A stretch of 64,000 bases of DNA from an uncultured Nitrososphaerota archaeon. Lineage in GTDB: Archaea; Thermoproteota; Nitrososphaeria; Nitrososphaerales; Gagatemarchaeaceae. This document shows positions 11,091-21,665 of this stretch, piece after piece; position 1 is the stretch's first letter; every line of letters starts with the position of its first letter. The notes below the pieces were generated by a model, which was not told the DNA's origin, searched no databases, and saw only the letters and a list, made by a program, of their open reading frames with translations. The stretch covers positions 256,001-320,000 of the forward strand of contig CAVRAG010000008.1 of NCBI GenBank assembly GCA_963718895.1, given 5' to 3'. The translations under genes were made by a program, and so were the position numbers.

Positions 11091-12339
11091 TCACTCGATC
11101 ACTTTCTGGCGGTAGACCTGGGCGCCAGACTGGAGGGAGGCCTCCGCCCTGCCCAGCTCGAGGGTCAGATAGGCCAGGTGCCTTCTGCTGATTCCGAGCT
11201 CGTCAGCCTCGTCGTTCAGCGACTGGAATATCCGCTCTGCCGACCTCGACTTGAAGCGCTTCTTAGGTACGTGCTGGTAGGAGTAGTAGGTAACCAGAAT
11301 CTCCTTCGACTCCCGGAGCATGGAGACAAGGAAGTAGCCCTGCGGGTCGTACTCCTTCGCGGTTAGCCGAGAGGGGACCGCCTCCTCGGGCCGGCCGAAG
11401 TAGACGTCGTCCCTTGCGAGCGTGAGCACGACGTTCTTCGCGTAGGCGACCTCTCTGTTGAGGTTCCTCTGGCCGCAGTGGGGATGGACGAACTGGATCC
11501 TGTCCTCGCCCAGTCGTGCGCGGGCGAAGTCGATCATCTTTCCCGTCTCCTGGGCGCTCTCAACCCTCAGGCTCTGGCTGTCTGTGCAGCCGAGCCCTAT
11601 GAGCTGGTCGTAGTTGCGTCTGCTCGCCTCGTCGAAGAGGCGCGGGTAGTGGTAGAAGTCGAGGGAGAGGGTGTGGACCTTGGTCCGGATGAGCTCCGGG
11701 AAGACCCTGGACGCGTCGCCGCACGCATGTAGGACGACGGGTAGCTTTGCCGCGGCGGCGACCTCCTCGTAGAGCCCGACGAAGTAGTCGGGAGTGAACG
11801 AGTCGGACGCGACCGCCGGCGAGTCGAGCTGGATCCATGACACGGCCCCGGAGTCCTGGAGTTGCTGTATCTCGGGGATCACTATCTTCCTGTTTATCTC
11901 GACCGCGAGCTCCCGCGTGTCCGCGTAAGACCCCGTCCTTATCTTGGCGAACCTCGCGAGTGTGTAGGCGTCGGTGATCGGTTCCTTGATCTCATAGTGC
12001 GAAGGAAGGGCGCTCCGCGGCGTGGAGGACGTCGGCCAGCCTGTTCGAGCCGACCCTCGAGATCTTCTCGTCGACGAACGCCTCCGTCCCGTTCCACCGT
12101 ATCCCCTTCACGAACCTGGGGTCGAGGAAGAGGGAGTAGAGGTCTCCTCTCGACTGCCCCGTCGACGGGACCTCGATCCCTGCCGATGTGAAGTCCTCCA
12201 GAGCCTCGTCTATCGACCAGAGGTACGGGTCGATCACGTCGTCCCCGAGTCCGTGGCTGGAGATGGCGAGGTAGTACTCGACGTCCTCGGGTCTCGGGAA
12301 GGTGGGGTAGCTGCCTATGGTGGTGGTCTTTGGCATCAA
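11091..12339 (-). CDS. Core methionine synthase-like (MetE fold) fused to a C-terminal DUF4346-like domain (frameshift near 12020)
   Basis: TTTIGSYP, GQSRGD, KEPITDAYTL, IQLDSP, LHACG, HPHCG. The tail YDPQGYFLV...HLAYLTLELGRAEASL...YRQ fits DUF4346. Confidence 0.72.
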
Positions 12340-13535
12340 GGAGCGGAGAGCTCACCTCTCGCCTTCTCCGCGCCCGCCACCACCAGGTCGAGCATGCTCT
12401 GCGCGACCTCCGGCCTCCTCGTCCTGAGCCCGCAGTCGGGGTTCACGAACAGGACCCGGGGATCGAGCTCGGTGACCTTGGCCGAGTACAGGATCCTGTC
12501 CCTCACCACGTCGACGCTCGGGAGCCTGTCGGTGTGGACGTGGAGAATCCCGACCCCCAGTCCCTTGGTGTAGCCGTACTCCTTGAAGAGCCTGAGGTCT
12601 GCGAATCCTGGTCTCGCCTCTGCTGACACGCCGCGGCGGTACCCGTCCCTGTTGCCGTACTCGAATGAGAAACGTTCGCACTTCTTCATCTCGAGCAGCT
12701 CGGGGAACAGAATCCCGTAGCCGAGGCTGGGCGGGAAGCATGAGTGGACGCTGAACGTGGCGCTCAGGCCCTTCGTCGTCTCGTTGAACGCCTCGGAGAC
12801 TAGCTTGATGTCCTCCCGGGATTGGTACTGGGTCGCCGCGGGGATGTCGATCTGCACTTCCTCGACACCCTTGGCTATGAGCTCCCTGACGACCTTCCTG
12901 ATTATCTTGGCGAGGTCGAGCGTGAACTCACGGCGTGCGTTGAAGGACCTCCGGAGGGGAGAGGCCTTCTCCTTCGCCCACTTTGAGGTGTAGTGGTGGT
13001 TGTCCGACCAGGCCATGATGGTGATGGCGTCTGTAACGGGCACCTTGACCTTGCGCTTCGCGTGCTTCTGGGTGAAGACGAGCTCCTCGACGTGGTAATT
13101 GTTCTTGTACGAAGGAGGGGACCTTATCGAGGCCATCCTCCAGTACTTGTTGTCGAAGCTCCTCACCCTACCGATGAACTCGAACCCCTCGATGTTTGAG
13201 ACCGGCGTCTCGTACATCTCTGTCCTTGCCTGCTCACCGGACCAGACCAGGTCCAGCCCCTGGCGTTCGACCGAGGCGCCGCCGGCCGTCTCGTTCATCC
13301 TGATCGCGTAGAGGAGCGAGAAGTCGACTATGGCCATCTTCTCTTCCTCGGAGAAGCCTGCCTTCTTCGAGAGTATGCCGAGGAGCTTCTTCGTCCCCGG
13401 GACGCGAAGCCTCTCTCCCCACACCTCGGCCGAGACGACGTCGGAGTCGGCCAGCTCCATCTGCCTGAAGGGTTTCGTCCGCCATGAGAACTTGGGCAGG
13501 CTGCCTATCTCCTGGGTCGGGAAGGCCTTGGTCAA
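12336..13535 (-). CDS. metE: Cobalamin-independent methionine synthase, catalytic half (split MetE)
   Basis: FPTQEIGSLP, GEQAR, RSFDNKYWR, VQIDIPA, Zn ligands VHSC and VNPDCGLRTR. Confidence 0.85.
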   Translation of the reverse strand: MTKAFPTQEIGSLPKFSWRTKPFRQMELADSDVVSAEVWGERLRVPGTKKLLGILSKKAGFSEEEKMAIVDFSLLYAIRMNETAGGASVERQGLDLVWSGEQARTEMYETPVSNIEGFEFIGRVRSFDNKYWRMASIRSPPSYKNNYHVEELVFTQKHAKRKVKVPVTDAITIMAWSDNHHYTSKWAKEKASPLRRSFNARREFTLDLAKIIRKVVRELIAKGVEEVQIDIPAATQYQSREDIKLVSEAFNETTKGLSATFSVHSCFPPSLGYGILFPELLEMKKCERFSFEYGNRDGYRRGVSAEARPGFADLRLFKEYGYTKGLGVGILHVHTDRLPSVDVVRDRILYSAKVTELDPRVLFVNPDCGLRTRRPEVAQSMLDLVVAGAEKARGELSAP

Positions 13536-13538
13536 GAT

Positions 13539-14514
13539 TCATCTGCCCCCGAGCTTCCTCTTCAGCAGGCCGAGCCGTTCCAGCTTCGCGTCGGCGGAGA
13601 CGCGCGGTATGTACCTGAGGTCGCAGGAGGGCGCGAGCGTGATGGACCTCGACCCTGTCTTGTCACCTACGCGTTCGACCTTGTCGACCAGCTCCTCGAC
13701 GCTCTCGAGGTAGCTCGTTCTCGAGTCCGCGACTCCGGCGATGATCCCCTTCCTCGTCGACGTCAGGTCCTCGGGGTCCGTCTGTGTGAAATCGAATCCG
13801 AGGTCGCCCGTCGGTATCGAGTCGAAGATCTCGGGGATGTAGGGCGAAGCGTCGCCGAAGAACGTGTGGAAGCCCGTCCCCAGAGACGTCCCCCTCGTGC
13901 TCGTCCTTATCGCCTCGCCTGCCTGCTTCAGCCGGTCCTTGTCGAGAGGCTTCCCCCTGAAACGGGCGACGAGGGCCGGGGAGGAGAACTGGACGTACTC
14001 AACGCCGTTGTTCTCGAGGGTCCTGAGTTCCGCGTTCAGGGCCTGGGCGTAGGCGAACATGACCTTCTCGGGGTCATGGTAGTAGTTGTCTTCCGCGAGC
14101 TCGGAGAAGGTGAGCGGGTCGGGCAGAGCGATCCTGAACCCTCCGTCCGGGACGAACCTGTGCTCGACATTCCTCCAGATGGCGCGCCCGCTGCTCGAGA
14201 TTGGCCCGTCCACGACCGGGGCCTGGTAGAAGGTGTTGGTGTTGTACCACCTTATCATGGCGCCTCTCTTCACGCCGGAGAATCCGCTGGTAATCGGCCT
14301 GAGCGGAGTCCTGCCAGGCGGTGGTCATCTGACCGTCGGAGATGAAGTCAGCGCCCACCTCCTTCTGGAGGCGGACGAGCGAGGCCACGTCGTCCCTGAA
14401 CGCGGCGGCGAGCAGCACGGAGTCGATCCTGCCTCTCTCCCAGTCCTGCGTCGCCTGGATGGTCGATTCATTGCGGGCGTGAAGCCCTGTCAGTGAAAGC
14501 TTGAACTCGGTCAT
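13539..14514 (-). CDS. metE: Split MetE N-terminal (folate-binding, non-catalytic) half (frameshift near 14305)
   Basis: RWYNTNTFYQAP, LPDPLTF, VQFSSP, FHTFFG (no Zn Cys), GVADSRTSYLE, APSCDL. Confidence 0.75.
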
Positions 14515-14631
14515 CTACGCAATTCTTGCCTGCTGGCGCGGCGAGTATTCATGTCAATAAAAAGCGTTCTGAAATCAACATTCCTGCCATTCATATCACG
14601 GTCGCGTTCAGGTCAAGAAGAACCTCAAGAG

Positions 14632-14889
14632 CTAGGCGCTTCCCTCACGTGCCAGCCGCCTCATGTAGGCCGTGACAGTTGCCGTGAGGCCATAGACGAA
14701 GAGAATCACAATGTATAACGCATAAGGAAGAGCTGCATTCATCACTTCGGTACACTGAGCGCATGGACTACCACGACCATTGACCATTAGCAGAGCTAAG
14801 AAGAGGACGTTAACTAACAGGCATACGATACCTGACAAGCGCAGGAATCGCCACGCCTTCCCTTCTCCTTTCCATCCGGACCCTAGCAC
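14632..14889 (-). CDS. Small two-TM hypothetical protein
   Basis: Two hydrophobic helices with a CAQC loop; locally more AT-rich. Confidence 0.4.
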   Translation of the reverse strand: MLGSGWKGEGKAWRFLRLSGIVCLLVNVLFLALLMVNGRGSPCAQCTEVMNAALPYALYIVILFVYGLTATVTAYMRRLAREGSA

Positions 14890-14945
14890 ATCTTCGTGTC
14901 CAAAAAGTCGCCTAAGAAAATCCTTCGCAGGGAGGGCACCCTAGG

Positions 14946-15824
14946 TCAGTTCAGCCCTGCGAGCTGCTCGAAGATCTTTATCAGTGCCTGGGTCCCTTCT
15001 TCTCCGCTCCCCGCCGTCTCAAGCGCGTTGTAGAGCTGGTGCGCGACGCTGGTGTTAGGGAGCGCCACGCCCAGTTCGTCCCCGCTGCTTAGCACGAGCT
15101 TGAGGTCCTTCTGAAGTAGCTTGACCTTGAACCCAGGAGCGAAGTCCCCGTCCACAGCCTTAGGGCCGAGATTGACGAGGCTCCACGAGGATGCTGCTCC
15201 GGCGGAGAGAGAGTCGATCACCATCTTCTGGTCGAGCCCGGCCTTCTTCGCGAAGACCATGCACTCGCAGACCCCCATCATGTTACCGACGACGAGTATC
15301 TGGTTCGCGAGCTTCGTCAGCTGGCCGGAGCCGCTCTCTCCCATTCGGACGATCTTCTTGCCCATCGCCTGGAGGACGGGCAGGCAGTCGTCGAACACAG
15401 CCTCGGGCCCTCCCACCATGATCGTCAGGGTCCCCTCGCGAGCTCCCTTGTCCCCGCCGCTCACGGGCGCGTCGAGCATCTGGGCGCCAGCATCGGAGAG
15501 CCTGGCGGAGATGGTCCTCGTGACCTTCGGCGAGATCGTGCTCATGTCAATCACGACGAGTCCCTTTCTGGCTGCCTCAAGGACGCCCTGTCTCCCCAGT
15601 ATCACCTGCTCGACGTCGGGAGTATCGGTGACCATGGTTATGACGACGTCAGATTCGGCCGCGACCTGCTTGGGCGAGTCGGCCACCCGCGCACCCATGG
15701 ACGAGAGCGCCTCCGAGGGGCCGCTGCTCCTGTTGTAGACGGTTAGCGGGTATCCGGCTTTCAGGAGGTTCTGTGACATCGGCCTCCCCATAATCCCTAG
15801 TCCGATGAAACCGATTCTCTTCAT
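14946..15824 (-). CDS. Beta-hydroxyacid dehydrogenase (tartronate semialdehyde reductase / 3-hydroxyisobutyrate dehydrogenase family)
   Basis: RIGFIGLGIMGRPM, DAPVSGG, GQLTKLANQ, KDL. True ATG at 15824. Confidence 0.9.
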   Translation of the reverse strand: MKRIGFIGLGIMGRPMSQNLLKAGYPLTVYNRSSGPSEALSSMGARVADSPKQVAAESDVVITMVTDTPDVEQVILGRQGVLEAARKGLVVIDMSTISPKVTRTISARLSDAGAQMLDAPVSGGDKGAREGTLTIMVGGPEAVFDDCLPVLQAMGKKIVRMGESGSGQLTKLANQILVVGNMMGVCECMVFAKKAGLDQKMVIDSLSAGAASSWSLVNLGPKAVDGDFAPGFKVKLLQKDLKLVLSSGDELGVALPNTSVAHQLYNALETAGSGEEGTQALIKIFEQLAGLN

Positions 15825-15850
15825 CTCGCCGGACAGCCACGGGATACGAT

Positions 15851-17059
15851 TTATCTGTTGGGACCCGGGGTCGCGTTCCTCATCGCTACCGCGTACGGTA
15901 CAAGGACGAGAAGGAAGGTCGCTCCGAGGGAGAGGTAGGCCGCGGTCAGGCCGAACTGGACCCAGACGGCGCTCCCCAGGAGCGGCCCTATGATCACTCC
16001 GACATCCTCTGCGGCGCCGTATATGCCCATCGCCCTGCCGGCGTACCTCTTCGGGATTCCGACCATCAGCAGGGAGAGCGACAGCGGGCTTATCGCCGAG
16101 AAGCACGCGCCCTCCATCAGACCGGCCGCCGCTATCTCCCAGACGTCGCTGAGCTGGGTCAGGAGGACGAAGACGCCGAAACTGGCGGCGAGAGCCGTCG
16201 CGATCACGAGCCTAGCCCGGCTGCCTCCGCGCCGAGACAGGAGAGGCTGGAAGATCACGTTGGCCACCCAAAAGGATGAGAGGACGACGCTGGCCTGGAG
16301 GTAGGTGGCAGAGATGGACGGGGTCTGGGTCACGACGAGCTGCATTATGTTAACGAAGAAGGAGTAGCCGATGAAGGTGGGGACGGCGACCAGCGAGATG
16401 AGGGGCAACCCGCGCCAGTCCAGAGGTGGTCGGGTCTCGTTCTTGGCCGGGTCCGTCCCGATTTCTCCGAATCCGTCCCTCGGACCTCCCCTCCTCGCCG
16501 ACCGAAGATAGACCAGGTAGACGACTACGGTCGCGACCGCTGCTAGGTAGAACAGGTTCCCAAAGTGGATCGAGGACTCGGTCAGTCCCGCAACGAGGAT
16601 CCCGACGAGCTGGGCCAGGGCGTATATCGACCCGAGCAGCCCGAAGCCCCCGGCCCACCTGCCCGACTCGTTCTGCCTTATGACCAGGGAGCGCGAGACG
16701 ACGGCGAGGATCGGGCCCGACATTCCGAGAAGGAGCTCGGCGAGGATGGCGCCCTCTGTGTTCCTTACGAAGGGCAGGAACAGGTAGGTGGCCGCGGTGG
16801 CGGCCGTGCTCGCGAGTATGAGGCGCTCCGGGCCGACCCTGTCGAAGAAGACGCCCCAGAGGATCTCGGAGATTAGGAGGCTGGCGCCGAAGAAGCCGAT
16901 GGAGATTCCGACCTGGAGATCGGGAATCCCGATTGAGAAGAAGTAGAGCGGGAGGAGGAACCCCGTGACGCCCCTCAGTATCGTGAAGATCGAGTAGAGG
17001 GAGATGAATGGAAGCCGGCTCCGACCGCTCAAATCGGGAGAGCGGCTGGCGTTTTTCAT
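15851..17059 (-). CDS. MFS transporter
   Basis: About 12 TM helices; WGVFFDRVG motif A; GRAMGIY. Confidence 0.85.
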   Translation of the reverse strand: MKNASRSPDLSGRSRLPFISLYSIFTILRGVTGFLLPLYFFSIGIPDLQVGISIGFFGASLLISEILWGVFFDRVGPERLILASTAATAATYLFLPFVRNTEGAILAELLLGMSGPILAVVSRSLVIRQNESGRWAGGFGLLGSIYALAQLVGILVAGLTESSIHFGNLFYLAAVATVVVYLVYLRSARRGGPRDGFGEIGTDPAKNETRPPLDWRGLPLISLVAVPTFIGYSFFVNIMQLVVTQTPSISATYLQASVVLSSFWVANVIFQPLLSRRGGSRARLVIATALAASFGVFVLLTQLSDVWEIAAAGLMEGACFSAISPLSLSLLMVGIPKRYAGRAMGIYGAAEDVGVIIGPLLGSAVWVQFGLTAAYLSLGATFLLVLVPYAVAMRNATPGPNR

Positions 17060-17113
17060 TTAAGCGTTGAGTGCTGAAATTGTTTTTATGCGCCCACACG
17101 TCCAAAGAACCCC

Positions 17114-18636
17114 TTGCCTGGAAAGGTCTTTCTGGGGAGGAGCGGCGTCGCCGCGACCGAACATCCCCTTGCGTCCATGGCGGCCTGCCGGGCATTGCAG
17201 GCGGGAGGCAACGCCTTCGACGCGGCCGCGGCCGCGAGCTTCGTCCTGGGAGTGACCCAGCCCCAGCTCAGCGGACTCGGTGGGGACTTCTTCGGGCTCT
17301 TCTATCTTGCAAGGGAGAAGAAGGTGTACTGCCTGAACTCGAGCGGGTGGGCCTTCTCGTCGATGACGGTCGAGTCGCTCACGCGGGGGGGTCACAGGAG
17401 CGTCCCGCGCTTCGGCGAGATGAGCGTCACCGTCCCGGGCCACGTCGCGGGGGTCCACGCCATGCAGGAGCGGTTCGGTATCCTTGACTTCGCGCGGTCT
17501 CTGGACGATGCGACGCACCTCGCGGAGGAGGGGTTCCCCGTCGGGGGCGGCCTCGTCAGGTCGCTGGCGACCGCGATGCAGGACCTGTCGGAGGAGGCGA
17601 GGGAGACCTTCGGGGGCGGTGGGATTGCCCCAAGGGTAGGGAGCGTCCTGCGGCAACCACGGCTCGCCAGCACTCTCCGGGAGATAGCGCGGGAGGGGCC
17701 CCCCGGGCTCTATGGCGGCAGGGCCGCCAGATCGATAAGGGAAGCGGTCTCCCGCGCTGGTCCAGAGGCCACCGAGGAGGACCTGGCTTCGTTCGAGCCG
17801 GAGTGGTGCGAGCCGCTCGTCTTGTCCTACAGGGGCGCAGAGGTCTTCGAGGTTCCACCCAACAGCATGGGTGCCACCACGCTACTGATCCTCGAGCTGC
17901 TCAAGACGGTCGACCTCCGCTCCCTAGGCCCCAGCTCGGCCGAGAGGGTGCGCACCATGGTGGACGCCTCCGAGGCGGCGTACGCGGCGAGGGACTCGAG
18001 GCTGGGCGACCCGAGGTTCGTAGGGTTCGAGTCTACGGCGAGTTCCTGAAATCGGAGCGGGGCCGGGGCGTGCAGAGAAGAATCGACCAGGCAGACACCA
18101 CCTACTTCGCCGTGTCCGACCGCGAGGGCAACCTGCTCTCCTGCATACAGAGCCTCTTTCACCACTTCGGCTCCAAGATCTTCGTCGGCGACTGCGGGTT
18201 CTTCCTGAACAACAGGGGCTCAGCCTTCTCGATGGAGGGTCCCAACAGGCTCGCGCCGAGGAAGAGACCGCTGCACACCCTCTCCTCGCTCATCGTGCTC
18301 AGGGACGGAAGGCCGGCGTTCGCCGCCGGGTGCAGCGGGGGCGAGTACAGGCCCCAGCAGCACACGCTCCTCGTCACGAACGTGGTGGACTACTCGATGA
18401 ACCTCGAGCAGGCCATCGACTTCCCGCGGTTCCTCTGGGACGGCCGTGATGAGGTGAGGATAGAGGAAGGGTACGCCGGCCTGGACGGTCGGGCCCCGCG
18501 GCCCAAGGTCATCGGATACCCCGGACCCACGGGGGTCGCCCAGGGAATCGAGGTCATGGAGGAGTGCGTCAAGGGTGTCTGTGACGTAAGGGGTGAAGGG
18601 CTCCCCCTCGGTTCTGAACAAGATTTAAGCTCCTGA
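17114..18636 (+). CDS. ggt: Gamma-glutamyltransferase (frameshift near 18030)
   Basis: GGNAFDAA, SGLGGD, PPNSMG, catalytic DTTYFAVSD, NNRG, PRKRPLHTL. Confidence 0.9.
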
Positions 18637-18652
18637 CTCGCACCGAGGCGGC

Positions 18653-19792
18653 ATGTCGCTCGACAAACTGAAGGACTCGCCATCTCTCGAGATGATCAAC
18701 CTGGTCTTCGAGATGAAGGCCAAGGGTAAGGAGGTAATCTCGCTCGCGCCCGGGGACCCGTCGTTCGACACGCCGAAAGAGATAGTCGAAGTGGCGCACA
18801 GGTCCATGCTGGAAGGGGGCACACACTACGTCCACTCGTATGGGACGCTCGACGTCAGAGAGGCGATCGTTGAGAAGGTGAAGAGGAAGAACGGGATAAG
18901 GGCAGCCTTGGAGAACTCAATCTTCATCACCGCCAAGATGGCGGTCTTCGCCTCGCTAGCCTCGGTCTCGGGGAGGTCCTACGAGGCCCTGGTCCCTGAC
19001 CCCGGGTACTTCTACTCAGAACCTGTCATCCTGACCGGAGGCCGCCCCGTCCGCTACAAGCTCTCTCCGACATTCGACCTGGACCTCGACGAGATCAAGA
19101 AGAAGACGGGACCCAGGACGAAGGCCATAGTCCTCAACACCCCGTCAAACCCCACCGGCAAGGTCTTCGGGAGGAACCGGCTTCGCGAGCTCTATGACTT
19201 CTGCTATGACAGGGGGATCTACGTACTCAGCGACGAGGCCTACGAGGACCTCGTCTACTCGAAGGAGCACGTCTCCATCGGCTCCCTCGAGAAGAAACCC
19301 GAGAGGGTGCTCTCTCTGTACACGCTCTCCAAGAGCTACTCGATGCCCGGGTGGAGAGCCGGCTACATAGTCGGACCCGAGGACCGCGTGGCACTCGTGA
19401 ACAAGCTCCTGGAGCACACGGTCACGTGCTTCCCACCGTTCATCATGCACGCCTCGGCCTACGCCCTCAACAACGGGGAGAAGTTCGTCCAGAACTTCAA
19501 GAAGGAGTACGTCAAGCGGAGGAACCTCCTCAACGATCGGATGGCAGAGATACCCGCGATGAAGGCCGGCGAGATCGAGGGCTCGTTCTACGCGTTCCCT
19601 GGCTACACACTCGACATGAAGTCCCGCGACCTCTCGAGGAAGCTGCTCCTGTCCCAGAACGTGGCGGTCCTCCCCGGCACGGCCTTCGGCCCCTCTGGAG
19701 AGAAGCACCTGAGGCTCTGCTTCGCTGCCCAGGAGGAGACGATATCCAGGGCCATGGACGGGATGAAGGCATTCTTCGCCGAGAACGGCTGA
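18653..19792 (+). CDS. PLP-dependent aminotransferase class I/II
   Basis: PSNPTG, SDEAY, SKSYSMPGWRAG, PGTAFG. Confidence 0.92.
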   Translation: MSLDKLKDSPSLEMINLVFEMKAKGKEVISLAPGDPSFDTPKEIVEVAHRSMLEGGTHYVHSYGTLDVREAIVEKVKRKNGIRAALENSIFITAKMAVFASLASVSGRSYEALVPDPGYFYSEPVILTGGRPVRYKLSPTFDLDLDEIKKKTGPRTKAIVLNTPSNPTGKVFGRNRLRELYDFCYDRGIYVLSDEAYEDLVYSKEHVSIGSLEKKPERVLSLYTLSKSYSMPGWRAGYIVGPEDRVALVNKLLEHTVTCFPPFIMHASAYALNNGEKFVQNFKKEYVKRRNLLNDRMAEIPAMKAGEIEGSFYAFPGYTLDMKSRDLSRKLLLSQNVAVLPGTAFGPSGEKHLRLCFAAQEETISRAMDGMKAFFAENG

Positions 19793-19810
19793 CACCCGAA
19801 CCCGTGAAGA

Positions 19811-20752
19811 TCAGGCCGAAAATGCCCTGATGGAACGCGAGGCGACGACCAGGGCGACGCCGTCCCGGGACCATGCTATGCATGAGACGCCGAAACCCTC
19901 CAGCCTTAAGAGCAGGGACACCGACCTTCCGTCGAACTTGTAGAGGGCCGTCTCACCCTCGTCCGCCGTCATCGCGCTCGTGCCTATCAGGGCGTAGTCC
20001 CCCGAAGGGTGCCAGGCGCAGGCGGTGGGGAAGATGTTCTCGTTCCCCCAGGCGATCTCTCTCAGGGCCTCGCCATCGTAGATGGCGAGGGATGGAGTGT
20101 GCCAGGTCTGGTCGTACCCGGCGAGGATGCACGACGAACCGTCATTCTTCCAACTCGCGGCGACTAGGTCCGCCCTGCTCTCAGCCAGGGTTGAGACGTC
20201 CTTGAGCGAGCTCTCCTCGAACCGGAACAGGTTCGGAGAGGGTGACAGGCCGCCGACCGAATCGCGGAAGCAGTTCCCGGCGACGAGTGCATAGCCGTCA
20301 CTCGGATGCCATGCGATCGAACGGAGGTGGGTGTCCGCCCCGTGCACCGTCTCGAAAGAGGAGCCTGCCAGGACGTGGGCCTCCCCGTTGTTGCCCACGA
20401 AGAGGACCCTCCCACCCGCGGGGTCCCAGGCGACCCGCCTCAGGTTCTCCCGAACATCCTGCTTGACAACCGAAGCCGTCCCGCCGGTTATGCGGAGCGT
20501 CAGCCCGCTATTCCCGCAGGCCCAGGCGGTCCCCCCGAGCGGGGAGAACTGCGCGCACCTGATGTTCTCTCTCGTCGTTGACTCCAACCGCTCGAACCTA
20601 TCGTCGCGGTAGGCGAGGAGAGTCCCTCGATCCCCGACGACGAAGGCAGAGCCGTCAACGGGGTCCCAGCACGCCCACCGCAGACGACCGGGAGCTTCGA
20701 CCGTCCTCGCTCCGAGCGAGCGCCCGTCGAACGTGAGCACCCTCTGCTTCAT
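19811..20752 (-). CDS. WD40-like beta-propeller protein
   Basis: Repeated blades: WACWDP, AQFSP, VAWDP, IAWHP, ASWKND, CAWHP, IAWS. Confidence 0.75.
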   Translation of the reverse strand: MKQRVLTFDGRSLGARTVEAPGRLRWACWDPVDGSAFVVGDRGTLLAYRDDRFERLESTTRENIRCAQFSPLGGTAWACGNSGLTLRITGGTASVVKQDVRENLRRVAWDPAGGRVLFVGNNGEAHVLAGSSFETVHGADTHLRSIAWHPSDGYALVAGNCFRDSVGGLSPSPNLFRFEESSLKDVSTLAESRADLVAASWKNDGSSCILAGYDQTWHTPSLAIYDGEALREIAWGNENIFPTACAWHPSGDYALIGTSAMTADEGETALYKFDGRSVSLLLRLEGFGVSCIAWSRDGVALVVASRSIRAFSA

Positions 20753-20812
20753 CTTGGTTCAACGAGCCGGGCTCGCGACTCGGAGCGACGCCCCGTCATG
20801 GGCGAGCTGAGC

Positions 20813-21211
20813 CTACCCCCAGGTCCTGACACGGGTGGGCTCGACGACGAGTAGCACCCGCTTCTCCGTAGGCTTCCGGCCTTGGTATTCCTTGTTTCCT
20901 GTGTACTTGAACGACAGGAAGTCGATGTGGTCGTCTGCCTTCTTGCCCGTGAACTTCTCCACGACCTTGCCGTCGAAGGAGAGGAAGGAGTACGGATTGT
21001 TGGCGTCGCTGACTGCGACGGCGACCCGCGAGTCCCTTGATACGTTCTTCTCCTTCACCCTCCCGATCGCGGTGTTGATCAGTATCTTGGCCCCGTCGGT
21101 ATCCACCCACACCGGGGTCACCTGAGGGGAGCCGTCACGGTTGATCGTTGCGATGAAGGCGAAGTTCTTTCCCTTGAGGAGATCCAACGCCTTCTTGTCC
21201 AGTTTCACCAT
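20813..21211 (-). CDS. PPOX-class putative F420-dependent oxidoreductase
   Basis: ATINRDGSPQVTPVW, RVKEKNVSRDSRV, HIDFLSFKY. Confidence 0.85.
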   Translation of the reverse strand: MVKLDKKALDLLKGKNFAFIATINRDGSPQVTPVWVDTDGAKILINTAIGRVKEKNVSRDSRVAVAVSDANNPYSFLSFDGKVVEKFTGKKADDHIDFLSFKYTGNKEYQGRKPTEKRVLLVVEPTRVRTWG

Positions 21212-21304
21212 ATCAAGGAGCGGGGGCGCGGACCCCGTGATTAACCTTTTTCTTCGTCCCGGAGGGTCAAAGTCTTATCAGAGAGCGGTCTGGACGGGGC
21301 CCTC

Positions 21305-21655
21305 TTGGTCAGGCCTAGGACGGTCGCGCTGAGCGACACCCACGTCACTGTCGAATGGAGCGACGGTCACAGAAGCGTCTTCGCCAACAGGGGCCTGAGA
21401 GAGGCCTGTCCCTGCGCACTCTGCCAGGGAGAGCTCAGCCCTCTCAGCGGATCGAGGTCGTTTCCCATGGTGCCTGACGTGGCGGCGGGTGTGAGGGCGA
21501 CGGAGTATCGGATGGTCGGCCTCTACGCCATCGCCTTCGCCTGGAGCGACGGCCACTCCACGGGCATCTATCCCTACGATTACCTCCTTGAGAGGTGCGA
21601 GTGCGACGCCTGCGCTGTGAAGAGGCGTGAGAGCTTAATACAACCTCGGGAATGA
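21305..21655 (+). CDS. DUF971 / GBBH-like N-terminal domain protein
   Basis: WSDGH, LREACPCALC, VGLYAI, WSDGHSTGIYPYDYL. Confidence 0.85.
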   Translation: MVRPRTVALSDTHVTVEWSDGHRSVFANRGLREACPCALCQGELSPLSGSRSFPMVPDVAAGVRATEYRMVGLYAIAFAWSDGHSTGIYPYDYLLERCECDACAVKRRESLIQPRE

Positions 21656-21665
21656 AAAGACGAGT

